Below, piece after piece: positions 36,321-45,955 of a DNA stretch of 64,000 nt. The notes under the pieces were generated by a model. The model did no database searches and had not been told where the DNA came from. It saw only the letters and a program-made list of their open reading frames with translations. How positions within the stretch are numbered: position 1 is the stretch's first letter; each line of letters begins with the position of its first letter. A program made the translations under genes and the position numbers. Source of the DNA: a virus; IMG/VR virus record IMGVR_UViG_3300009503_000019, positions 57,042 through 121,041 of that record; one strand, written 5' to 3'.

Positions 36321-39300
36321 GAAAAATAATAGCAGATTTTTCTCCTAATACAGCGTCAACTCTTAATGAAGTTCAAAAAATTTTATTGACTAATGGTTTA
36401 ATTACTCAGCCAGTAATTTCGATGGGGCAAAATGACATTTATATTGGAAACTTTACATTTATGAATAATGGAATTATTATTGAATCTGATCCTACAACTA
36501 TTCCAAAACCAAATTATCCAAAGTTTTATATTTATGCATATTCGGATGCTAATCCAAATAGTTCAGTGAATTTTATCTGTACTGATAAAGATTATAAATT
36601 TTCTAATGAAGTTAAAGTTGCTTATTATGACGGATTGAATTTTCATGTTGAAGATACAATTGATTTAAAAGATATAATTAAATATGTAAGAAATGTAGAA
36701 AAATATAGAGGATTTGTGTCGGATGAAGAGATTTATTATGATACATCTGCGCAAGAATTAATAATTCCTCCAGGAAAAATAATTTCAAGAATAGGAAACA
36801 AATCAATAAGCAATTATACATATGTCTCATTACCTTTGTCATATTTGTTTCTTACTGCAAGTAATAAAAATTCAAGATTATCAGTTAGATTATTCTATAA
36901 TAAATTAGATAAGATTGATATTGAAGGAATTTACCATTCTCCTGAATTTCAATTAACTCAAGGATACGCGATAAGATCCGAATCAGTATCTTACACATTA
37001 ACTGGCAAAAGTGAACCTGTTGATTTTAGAAAAGCTATTTTTCTTACAACATCTCAAGATTGTGTAATTTACGATTCAATAGAAAATTCAGTAACTACTA
37101 TAAGACCTTTGCCTGGTGAAATTCCGGATGATGTGAAATGTATATATAATGAAAGAGTATTCTTTGTGAATTATGCTCAAAATTTAGTGAAGATCAAATC
37201 ATATCCTCCTGATTTTTCTGAAAACAATAGTACATATTTAGAATTATCTACAACAGAACAAATGCAATATTGTTTCATTAATCCTATTACTAAAATAATT
37301 TATTTGGCTAACCAATATGGCACTAAAATTTATTTATATAAAATTTCTTATGATGATAATTATAGTATGAAATATCAGAAAAAAATAATTATCGATACCA
37401 ATAAGACGATAACATCAATAAAAGGTGGATATAACGATAGAAAAATTATACTTTTTATTAAAGTATCAAATGAATTGATTCTTTATAAAATCGAAATAGA
37501 TGAATTTGATAGTTGGAAAATAATTCCATTGATGCAAGTAGATACTTTTAATTATATAGTTAAAAATTCGCTTGATGGTGATCTTTATTGCTGTATTGTT
37601 CCTTATAAAACTAAAGATTTAATTGTTTTAAGAAATGATGAGTTATATATAAATGCGTGGGGAATTCTAGGAGCGGGTACTGGAGATATTATAGCACTCA
37701 ATGGATTAGAAATAATAAACAATCACATATATTTGCGAGTTAATTATTCTAGTGGTCAATTTTTGCACGAAATTATCAAGACTGACAAGAATCAAATTTA
37801 TGAAGATCATATATCAAATCCTTCATGGTTAACGCGTTCAGGTGCAATGCTATTAACATATAATCCATCAACTATCTCTCAAATAATGCCAACTTATCAT
37901 CGATATTTACCGCGCTACTATGAAGATAATATACTGGCAATAATATATCAAGATATTGGAAAATATGATTCAGCTATTAATTTCAATCCAGTTGTTAAAA
38001 CAAACAGAATTAGTTCTGAAGACGATAATTTCTTCATAGGTAAAACTCAAAGTAAAAATTTATGCTTAGATTTATCTTTAATTTTAGATGAATTGTATTC
38101 AAATTATCCTCAATCTAAAATAGATTTGAGAATATCAAATGGTATTTATATTGATAAACAGATTATTTTGAGAGGAAATACTACTTTTGAAGGAACTTTT
38201 TATATAAATCAAGACAAAATTGGAAATTTAGATGTTTTTAATGCATATACTATTGGAACTGCCCCTATATCAATAATTTCATTGCAAAATAATTATTATT
38301 ATTTAGATGTAAACTTACCGTCGCAAACGGAAATAAATAAAATTGGGCCAAATGATTATTTTTATGGATACAATTCTTCAGGAAATATTGTTGTAAAATA
38401 TAAAATTATTGAACGTGTTTCTAAAAACAGATTTTTAGTTTTTAGAGAACTATATACGGGAGATCCATCTTCTTATAGATTGATTATTAAAAATATTAAA
38501 TTCAAGAATTCAAAAATAATTTCAGCATTTACATCAACAACGTCTTGTAGATTTTGTAGTACCGATGTTGGTATAGAATTTATTAATTCTTTTATATCAA
38601 ATAGTCTGATAAAAGGAAATGAAATAATAATTAAAGATTCTACTTCAGATCGAATTCAAATTGATATTACTAAAACAGAAAGATTTGAAATGGAAAGTTC
38701 AAAAACTGTAAATACAATTACTCCATTGATTACAGGAAGTCCAATATATCCAATAACAATAATTATGAAGAATAATGATTTATTTGCTTATAATACATAT
38801 GATTCTGTTTTTAATAATTTCAATTTTGATAACTCAAATATCAAAAAAATAATTTTAGAAAACAACAATATTTCTGATGCAATCAATGATAATTTGTATA
38901 CTTATATATTAAAACTTACTCCACAACGAGGAAATATAAGAGAAGGTTCTGTCCCAGCATTAGCAATTACTCAACAAAATTTTTATAGAGTTGTGGCAAA
39001 AGATAAAAGTAGTGCAAATACATTTGGCACTCCTTATTATGGAACAGATGGTTTATTAAAAGCAATTCAAGATGCTAATGCTGGAGATATTATTGTGTTG
39101 AATCAAGGAGATTTTAGTTTTTCTACTAATACTTCTGTAAATATAACTAAGCCAATTTCTATAATAGGAAATAAATATCGAGAAGATTCAAATTATAGAC
39201 TATTTCCTCGTATATATAGACTAACTATAAATTGGTACCCAACAACAGATTTTCAACACAGTGTGGAATTTAAACATTTACACATTGCACATACCGGAAT

Positions 39301-40129
39301 TACTAATGGATTTTTAACTTTAAAAGGCGTTGCTAATGCTAATTGGATACATAATATTAACTTTATAGAAAATATATTTGAAAATGTTTGTGTATTTATA
39401 ATTGATTCTCAATCATATGCATTAAAAATTAGTGGTATTCACATGTACGATTGTTATGGACAAAATGCAGTTTTAATAACAAATAATCCTAATAATGCGG
39501 CGGATATAAATATGAAAGAAATATTGATGAACAATACTCGTATATATAGAAGTTCGTCTACTGCTGATTCACCATCGTTTATATATTTTTATCCATGCAA
39601 TTTATATATTTCAAGAGTAATATTAAATGATTGCGTAGCTGAAGTTAATGGGAGTGGTAATTATAATACATTAATTCAATTGAATTCACAAGCTAATCAA
39701 AGTATTCCATATATGGCTTTAAATGGATGTTTTATAATTACAATACCTACCACTTATTTTCCTTTTTATCAAATATATACGAAAAATGTTGTTAACATAT
39801 ATATCACTAATTGTTCTTTTTATAGTTATGGATCAAATCAAAATATAAATCGATTTAGATTAGAAAATTATAGAGTTTGTACATGCATAGGAAATAATAT
39901 TATGTCATGTGGAAACAATTATAATTTTTCTACATTGTATCCCTCAGGTCTTTTTTCGTTTTTCTTTGCAATAGGAAATAATACAAGTGGTAAATTTTTA
40001 CAAGGTGGAGGAGTAAATGATTATTTCGTTGCAATTGGAAATAGACATGATGTTGTGTTACAAAGTTGGTATGATTCTAACAATGTGTCTTCTCAATCTA
40101 TTGTTACTAATAATTTATATAAGACGTAG
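36317..40129 (+). CDS. Large tail spike/fibre with C-terminal beta-helix (putative receptor-binding protein)
   Basis: 1270 aa Asn/Ile/Tyr-rich; LLKAIQDANAGDIIVLNQGDF entry into beta-helix-type repeats. Confidence 0.65.
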   Translation: MRKIIADFSPNTASTLNEVQKILLTNGLITQPVISMGQNDIYIGNFTFMNNGIIIESDPTTIPKPNYPKFYIYAYSDANPNSSVNFICTDKDYKFSNEVKVAYYDGLNFHVEDTIDLKDIIKYVRNVEKYRGFVSDEEIYYDTSAQELIIPPGKIISRIGNKSISNYTYVSLPLSYLFLTASNKNSRLSVRLFYNKLDKIDIEGIYHSPEFQLTQGYAIRSESVSYTLTGKSEPVDFRKAIFLTTSQDCVIYDSIENSVTTIRPLPGEIPDDVKCIYNERVFFVNYAQNLVKIKSYPPDFSENNSTYLELSTTEQMQYCFINPITKIIYLANQYGTKIYLYKISYDDNYSMKYQKKIIIDTNKTITSIKGGYNDRKIILFIKVSNELILYKIEIDEFDSWKIIPLMQVDTFNYIVKNSLDGDLYCCIVPYKTKDLIVLRNDELYINAWGILGAGTGDIIALNGLEIINNHIYLRVNYSSGQFLHEIIKTDKNQIYEDHISNPSWLTRSGAMLLTYNPSTISQIMPTYHRYLPRYYEDNILAIIYQDIGKYDSAINFNPVVKTNRISSEDDNFFIGKTQSKNLCLDLSLILDELYSNYPQSKIDLRISNGIYIDKQIILRGNTTFEGTFYINQDKIGNLDVFNAYTIGTAPISIISLQNNYYYLDVNLPSQTEINKIGPNDYFYGYNSSGNIVVKYKIIERVSKNRFLVFRELYTGDPSSYRLIIKNIKFKNSKIISAFTSTTSCRFCSTDVGIEFINSFISNSLIKGNEIIIKDSTSDRIQIDITKTERFEMESSKTVNTITPLITGSPIYPITIIMKNNDLFAYNTYDSVFNNFNFDNSNIKKIILENNNISDAINDNLYTYILKLTPQRGNIREGSVPALAITQQNFYRVVAKDKSSANTFGTPYYGTDGLLKAIQDANAGDIIVLNQGDFSFSTNTSVNITKPISIIGNKYREDSNYRLFPRIYRLTINWYPTTDFQHSVEFKHLHIAHTGITNGFLTLKGVANANWIHNINFIENIFENVCVFIIDSQSYALKISGIHMYDCYGQNAVLITNNPNNAADINMKEILMNNTRIYRSSSTADSPSFIYFYPCNLYISRVILNDCVAEVNGSGNYNTLIQLNSQANQSIPYMALNGCFIITIPTTYFPFYQIYTKNVVNIYITNCSFYSYGSNQNINRFRLENYRVCTCIGNNIMSCGNNYNFSTLYPSGLFSFFFAIGNNTSGKFLQGGGVNDYFVAIGNRHDVVLQSWYDSNNVSSQSIVTNNLYKT

Positions 40130-41392
40130 AAAATCTCTATCAATTATAGTATCTGCATCTATGTAATTCTCATCTGGAATATTTGTGTAATTGCTTAAAT
40201 CATATTTTGCACTTGGCCAATTAATATTTGAACTAATATCAGTAATTTCGTCGTTAGCTTTGAATATATTTCTGATTATCAAATATACATGTAGTGGTTC
40301 TATTTTTTTTAAATAATCATATGTTTCTATATTTATAATTCCGCCTTCATAATAAGCCATTACAATATTTTGATTCCAGTTCATTTTGAAAATTTCTACA
40401 TTGTTAGCATCTTTCAATTCTTTAGCAAATTTATAATCAAAATTGAATTTATATGTTTCAACTTCATATAAATTTCCACCAAAATCAACAATATTTCTTT
40501 CTTTCCCCACAATATAACCGATTAAAAGTAAATTGTTATCTTTATAAATATGAATCACATCCCCATAATTAAAATTTTCATTTGTATAAATATAAATTTT
40601 ATCAGGTTCTATAACTTTGATTTTTCTTGAAAAACTGAATTGATTTATATTCATAAAATCTTCTTTTTTCAAATATAATAACAAATTATCTTCTAAAGAA
40701 GTTCTGATTTTTAAATTTGGGTCTAATGATTGAAATCTTTTGAATATATCTTCTCCAAAATCATAATTTAAGCCAGCTATGAATCCCACTGCATCTTTTA
40801 TATTTGTTTTATTTTTTTGTTTTATTTGAAACACGTACTTACCCAAAACTTTTTTATAATAATCAAATGAATCTCTATTTATTGGTTCCTGTATTAAATT
40901 TCCTAATGCTTTATAAACTAAATCATCATGCAATTTTGCACGATATAGCATTATTTGTTTACCATATAAATTGTTACCATCAATGATTGATTTCCTTAAT
41001 GCAATTTGAGTAGATTTATCATCATAATCATATACAAAAAAATTAGGTTTATTGTCATCTCCAATAGTAGGTATTTCGGTATCAGTATTTATATAAATTC
41101 TGACTAATTCAAATATGGGAAGATTGTAAGGAATTATCCCATATTCTACTCCATCTTTGGTTATTGTTGAAATAGTAGAAGGAATATCTATAATTAACCA
41201 GGATGTCTTTTTTCCATAATAAAAATCATGCAGTGTTTTAGTATTTATTAATACATGGGATTCTAACATTAAGTATTCACAACAAGTATCATATGCTTCT
41301 AACCATTTTGCAAAGAACTCCAAATCTTCATGTTGAGCAAAAAAGGGAGCTATTCTTGTAATTATTTCCTTATATCCAGGAACATCTGCCAT
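40115..41392 (-). CDS. Putative baseplate wedge protein
   Basis: 425 aa; converges on the fibre cluster; function assigned from context only. Confidence 0.4.
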   Translation of the reverse strand: MADVPGYKEIITRIAPFFAQHEDLEFFAKWLEAYDTCCEYLMLESHVLINTKTLHDFYYGKKTSWLIIDIPSTISTITKDGVEYGIIPYNLPIFELVRIYINTDTEIPTIGDDNKPNFFVYDYDDKSTQIALRKSIIDGNNLYGKQIMLYRAKLHDDLVYKALGNLIQEPINRDSFDYYKKVLGKYVFQIKQKNKTNIKDAVGFIAGLNYDFGEDIFKRFQSLDPNLKIRTSLEDNLLLYLKKEDFMNINQFSFSRKIKVIEPDKIYIYTNENFNYGDVIHIYKDNNLLLIGYIVGKERNIVDFGGNLYEVETYKFNFDYKFAKELKDANNVEIFKMNWNQNIVMAYYEGGIINIETYDYLKKIEPLHVYLIIRNIFKANDEITDISSNINWPSAKYDLSNYTNIPDENYIDADTIIDRDFLRLI

Positions 41393-41423
41393 AATTGTAT
41401 TTTATGAAAAAAAAATATTTAAA

Positions 41424-42332
41424 TCAAAGTAGTATTCTTAATCTTGGTTCTTTAATTTCAAATTCATCTGTTTTATCTAATGCTTTTTTAATATCATCTT
41501 TTACAGTATCAATATCTTTATTAATCCATGTTTTTATTTCAGCCAGAGTTGAATCTATGAGATTATCTATTTCCGGTTCTCCTATAATATTAAGATTTCT
41601 TAAACTATCTAATCGTCTTTGTATAATACCATATAAATTTTCATTTATTGTTCTTTTTCTATTTAATAAATCATTATAAAGTTCTTTAATTTCATTTGTT
41701 ACGTGTAAAGAAATTGACTTTACAAAATCATGTATTTTATTCATTATTTCCTTACGGAATTCTTCTATATTTTTAATTTCTAATTGAGTATCGACATCAA
41801 TTCTATATACAAGAATTTCAAATCTAATTTTTCGCTCTAATTCTTCTTTAGTTTTGTAATAAGTTTTTATTTTTTCAATAAATTCTTTTCTACGGTCATC
41901 AGTCCAGTTATTTCTTTTTTGTAATTGTTTTGAATATTCTTCATATTCTTTTAATGCTTCTTTTTTCATTTCTTCATAATGTTCTATAAATATTCTTTTA
42001 TATTCTTCAAATTCTTTTTTTACATCATTGAGTTCTTTCATTAATCTATCAAAATTTGTAATTGGAACGAATGCAGTATCACCAATCGGAAATTTTATTG
42101 AATAAAAAGACAATATTCTTCTTGCTGCGGCATCAAGATTCACAAATGGTGCGACATATTTTTTATCAACTAAATATTTAGTACCGAGTTTCATCAACGT
42201 TGATAAATCTTCTTCTTTAAGTCCTAAATCTTCTGCATCAAGTTTAGTTTGAGCATTCCATTTGAATATATTTAAATCAACCAGCACTCCGCTTTTGAAC
42301 AGATTTATCTCTTGAATTTCTTTTTTTACCAT
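41424..42332 (-). CDS. DUF3150-like coiled-coil protein
   Basis: GVLVDLNIFKW...DLGL...LGTKYLV...FPIGDTAFVP. Confidence 0.55.
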   Translation of the reverse strand: MVKKEIQEINLFKSGVLVDLNIFKWNAQTKLDAEDLGLKEEDLSTLMKLGTKYLVDKKYVAPFVNLDAAARRILSFYSIKFPIGDTAFVPITNFDRLMKELNDVKKEFEEYKRIFIEHYEEMKKEALKEYEEYSKQLQKRNNWTDDRRKEFIEKIKTYYKTKEELERKIRFEILVYRIDVDTQLEIKNIEEFRKEIMNKIHDFVKSISLHVTNEIKELYNDLLNRKRTINENLYGIIQRRLDSLRNLNIIGEPEIDNLIDSTLAEIKTWINKDIDTVKDDIKKALDKTDEFEIKEPRLRILL

Positions 42333-42864
42333 CGGCGCCTCCTAATTTAATTTTTTTATCTATTTTTTCAAACTGTTTATCAAAATCATCCATTTTCCTG
42401 GCAACTGCTGGAACTTTCCCGATTAAAGTTTGAAATATCAATAATTTTATCATTCTCTCTCTGTTCATATTCAAAACAATGCGCAATTGCTCGGCATATT
42501 CTCTTGAATATCCAAGAGCGGTAACATCTGATACTAATACTTTGAATTTTATCTTCGAAATAGGTGGAACATTTTTGAATATTTTATTTATAATTCGTTC
42601 ATCATATTCTTTAACTGTAATATTATTATACATTTGTTCAATTAATTTAAATCTTAAAAGATTTAGGCTCGCACCTATATAGGCACGAGCTTGAGTTCTA
42701 ATAAGATTTTTGTCTTTATAAAATTCTGGGAATAAGTCAAGAAAATCTTCTTCTTTAAGTTTCAAAAATTTCAATATTTTGTCATAGATTTCATCAAACT
42801 CATCCTCTGTAATCCAAAACACATAACTACTTTTATCATCCGCAGTAACATTTTTCACAGGCAT
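42277..42864 (-). CDS. Hypothetical protein
   Basis: 195 aa, AAGGAGG RBS. Confidence 0.7.
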   Translation of the reverse strand: MPVKNVTADDKSSYVFWITEDEFDEIYDKILKFLKLKEEDFLDLFPEFYKDKNLIRTQARAYIGASLNLLRFKLIEQMYNNITVKEYDERIINKIFKNVPPISKIKFKVLVSDVTALGYSREYAEQLRIVLNMNRERMIKLLIFQTLIGKVPAVARKMDDFDKQFEKIDKKIKLGGADGKKRNSRDKSVQKRSAG

Positions 42865-43003
42865 TCTTTTCCTCCTTATTATTCAACAGTCTTACTGGAC
42901 AATTCTTGAACTTGTCACTACAATAATTTAATTTATACAGATATTTACAATCTCCAATGATTTGACCATTTTTAATAACAATCAAAAATTTTTTTCTTTT
43001 CAT
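42836..43003 (-). CDS. 55-aa Cys-rich protein (not in ORF track)
   Basis: MKRKKFLIVIKNGQIIGDCKYLYKLNYCSDKFKNCPVRLLNNKEEKNACEKCYCG; ATGA-coupled to 43000..43191. Confidence 0.55.
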   Translation of the reverse strand: MKRKKFLIVIKNGQIIGDCKYLYKLNYCSDKFKNCPVRLLNNKEEKNACEKCYCG

Positions 43004-43191
43004 TTCTTATCTTCCACAATAGCAACGTCTTCTTTAATTTGAGGCTCTAGATAGTATTCTGCATGTTTATGAACTTTCATTTTTCCAATATTTTTGGTTA
43101 TTTTTTGAATAACGTCACATTTTTTCCCAATAAAACCCATTCCTTCGGCAGTAACTTTCCCATCTTTAATTACGATTTTGATTTTAGGCAT
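43000..43191 (-). CDS. DUF2997-family protein
   Basis: KIKIVIKDGKVTAEGMGFIGKKC; adjacent to DUF1257 and Ycf46-type AAA. Confidence 0.75.
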   Translation of the reverse strand: MPKIKIVIKDGKVTAEGMGFIGKKCDVIQKITKNIGKMKVHKHAEYYLEPQIKEDVAIVEDKK

Positions 43192-43207
43192 TGATTCCTC
43201 CTTTTAT

Positions 43208-43510
43208 TTAGTCGACTTCAACTTCCAATATAATTGAATCTTCTGTTCTTGTCTCTCTAAAAATATATCCATTTACTTTAAATATTGATGATTTCACTTC
43301 TTCACAAGCGTATTCATTCAATATTTTATTCACTTTAGAGTGATCTACTGAATCAAATGTGATTTTATCCTTTGTAATTTTTATAGGACGATATAAATCC
43401 CCTTCAATACAATTCTTTGATGAATTGTAAGTATATCCCAGCTTTTTGCATACTTTTTTCAAAATATTTGTGTTTTTTATCTGAACATCTACATTTACTG
43501 TCTGTGACAT
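43208..43510 (-). CDS. DUF1257 (Ycf35-like) protein
   Basis: MSQTVNVDVQIKNTNILKKVCKKLGY...YACEEVK...GY...E. Confidence 0.75.
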   Translation of the reverse strand: MSQTVNVDVQIKNTNILKKVCKKLGYTYNSSKNCIEGDLYRPIKITKDKITFDSVDHSKVNKILNEYACEEVKSSIFKVNGYIFRETRTEDSIILEVEVD

Positions 43511-43542
43511 TTTTAACCTCCTTTTTTTTAAAATTTATATCA

Positions 43543-45210
43543 TTATTGCAAATCTTTCAAGTCTTTTGAAGAAATTTCTTCTGACGCAGTTAGATCTTCC
43601 TTTACAATGGAACTTGCAGGAATTGCTATTTTCTCTGCATCTTTCTTCAATATCTTGATTTCAGCGTCGTCCGCAATACCTTTTGTTTCCATAATGCTAT
43701 TAATTAATACCTCATTAGTTAATTTACTTTCTTGGCCATTTAAAATGCATACACAATGTTTAATAACGGCATCTTTAATTGCAGATTCTATTTCTGCTCC
43801 AGTAAGTTTCTTGGATATTGCTTTTTGAGCCAGGGTATTGATATCTAAATTAGATTTGTCTACTTTATATTTATCCAAGTGAATGTTAACAATTTCTCTT
43901 GCTTCAGTTAGAGAAGGGAGGTCAACAAAGAATATCTGATCAAATCTCTCTCTTCTTTTAAGAGGTGCAGGTAAATTAGATACGCTATTGGCAGTAGCAA
44001 TAACAAATACCTTTTTCTTTATTTCTTGCATCCATGTTAAGAACATTCCAAATACTTTCGCAGTAGTTCCTGCATCTGAAACATTTGAACTTTGAACACC
44101 TGCAAATACTTTATCAATTTCATCAATGAATAGAACGATAGGAGACATCAATTCTACTCTTTTGAGAATATTTTTCAGATTCTGTTCGGACGCCCCCACA
44201 TACCTGTGGAATATTTGAGAAGGATCAAGAATTACCAATGGCCAGTTGAATTCTTTAGCAATTGCTTTAGATACATATGATTTTCCAGTTCCAGGTATTC
44301 CGAAAAGCATAATTCCTTTAGGTAATGGAAGATTATGTTGTTCTCTAACTATATCATAATTCTCAATTATTTTTTTTGTATTTAATATGAATTCTTTCAA
44401 TTTATCCATTCCACCAACATCTTTTAGTCTAGGGCATTCTTCTAAATCTATAGGGATTAAACCATTCTTAATAAGAATTTCCTTTTTAAAATTCAACAGG
44501 TCATTGATGAATTCTTCACATGTTTCAGATACAACAACTGCATGAGACAAACCATGCTCTTGTTCTATTGAAGAACATCCTTTTAAAATATCTTTAACGA
44601 TATTGATATTGTCAGAAATCCATTTTGCTTTATGTCCGTGGATTTCTGATTTTGCAATTGATAAAACTACTCGTTTAAAACTTTTTTCACTATATTCAAG
44701 AACATAATCCAGAACAATAGCATGATCATTTAATCCTTTTGGTAATTCTCCATATCCACCATACATCACAACGGCTAATCCTCTTTCAATAGCTGCTGTA
44801 AAAATATCTACAAATTCTTTATGTTCATACCATTGATCTGGTGCTTGCATAATAAGAATTATAGGGTCACCTGTTTTCTCAGCTTCTAATCCGAGTTCTG
44901 CAATAATTTCTACTATAGATTTTTGATAAAATTCATCTCCTTCTCTAAAAGGAGACAAAGCATCCCATTTTTTTATAATTCTAGTCTTCTTTATATTAGC
45001 GGGAATAGCTAGAAAAATATCTTCGAGAATTTCCCTCAATATCGTTCCTCTTACCCAAATAAATGGTGGATCACTTCTTAAGAAATCTGCAAATTTCTTT
45101 CTAAAAATTTCTCTTTCACTTTTTACTTCCTGTTCAATCTTTGTTAAACTTAATTCTTCTGTTTTATGTTCTTTTATTTCTTGTTCAGAACCATTGGCCT
45201 TTTTTGGCAT
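43543..45210 (-). CDS. Ycf46-type AAA+ ATPase
   Basis: DVGGMDKLK, PKGIMLFGIPGTGKS, LFIDEIDK, LTWMQE, IATAN, RFDQIFFVDLP; start moved to ATG 45210 (AAAGGAGGTG RBS). Confidence 0.88.
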   Translation of the reverse strand: MPKKANGSEQEIKEHKTEELSLTKIEQEVKSEREIFRKKFADFLRSDPPFIWVRGTILREILEDIFLAIPANIKKTRIIKKWDALSPFREGDEFYQKSIVEIIAELGLEAEKTGDPIILIMQAPDQWYEHKEFVDIFTAAIERGLAVVMYGGYGELPKGLNDHAIVLDYVLEYSEKSFKRVVLSIAKSEIHGHKAKWISDNINIVKDILKGCSSIEQEHGLSHAVVVSETCEEFINDLLNFKKEILIKNGLIPIDLEECPRLKDVGGMDKLKEFILNTKKIIENYDIVREQHNLPLPKGIMLFGIPGTGKSYVSKAIAKEFNWPLVILDPSQIFHRYVGASEQNLKNILKRVELMSPIVLFIDEIDKVFAGVQSSNVSDAGTTAKVFGMFLTWMQEIKKKVFVIATANSVSNLPAPLKRRERFDQIFFVDLPSLTEAREIVNIHLDKYKVDKSNLDINTLAQKAISKKLTGAEIESAIKDAVIKHCVCILNGQESKLTNEVLINSIMETKGIADDAEIKILKKDAEKIAIPASSIVKEDLTASEEISSKDLKDLQ

Positions 45211-45233
45211 ACTTGCACCTCCTTTATTTATAT

Positions 45234-45899
45234 TTATTTCCATTTTCTAAAATCAATATAATCTTCATTGAAACGATATCCATAGATCTTTTTTGCATAT
45301 TTTGAAAATTCATTCAATTTCTCATTTATCCACTCTTTATCTACTTCAAATAAATCTTCGTCATCAGGTTCAATAAAATTATTGCCAATCTTTATTCTTA
45401 CATTCATATATACACTGGTAACTCCATTGAAAATTGAGAATTTATCATCTTTATCATCTGTCCCAGAAAATCTGGTATTATGCAATTCTCCAGGATGAGA
45501 ATGAATAATTAAAATTGGAACTCCTATTAAATTTTTTGTTGAATATGTTACAGAAGCTGCGGACGCTTCTTGTTCTGGTAATTCTAATAAGTATTCACCA
45601 TTTTTTTCTGTAATTATAACGACAGCTTCCGTATCATATTTATGTTTTACTTTTTTTAAGAAAACTAATGATGTTAATATCAATTTTGCAGGAATATTCA
45701 ACGGTTTTTGAATAACAATTTTTTCTTCTAAATCCTCGATCTTTGCAAATGGATTTATATTTATTTTTTTGATAATGTACATCAATTCATTTTTAATTAC
45801 TTGAAATATTCCATTTCTGGCCATAATCACATTTATTTTTCCTTCTTCAGCATCTTCAATTCTTTCAATGTGTTTGAAATTATCTTTTTTTATTGGCAT
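45234..45899 (-). CDS. JAB/MPN-domain metallo-isopeptidase (PRTRC protein A-like)
   Basis: EAVVII...IHSHP...FSGTDDKDD. Confidence 0.8.
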   Translation of the reverse strand: MPIKKDNFKHIERIEDAEEGKINVIMARNGIFQVIKNELMYIIKKININPFAKIEDLEEKIVIQKPLNIPAKLILTSLVFLKKVKHKYDTEAVVIITEKNGEYLLELPEQEASAASVTYSTKNLIGVPILIIHSHPGELHNTRFSGTDDKDDKFSIFNGVTSVYMNVRIKIGNNFIEPDDEDLFEVDKEWINEKLNEFSKYAKKIYGYRFNEDYIDFRKWK

Positions 45900-45933
45900 T
45901 AAAACACCTCCTTTTTTGAATTTTATATGATTT

Positions 45934-45941
45934 TTATAACA
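45934..45941 (-). promoter_or_regulatory. Extended -10 element TGTTATAA
   Basis: The same 8-mer precedes minus-strand units at 14453-14460, 48425-48432, 52379-52386 and 59479-59486. Confidence 0.6.
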
Positions 45942-45955
45942 AAAATTTCAAATTT

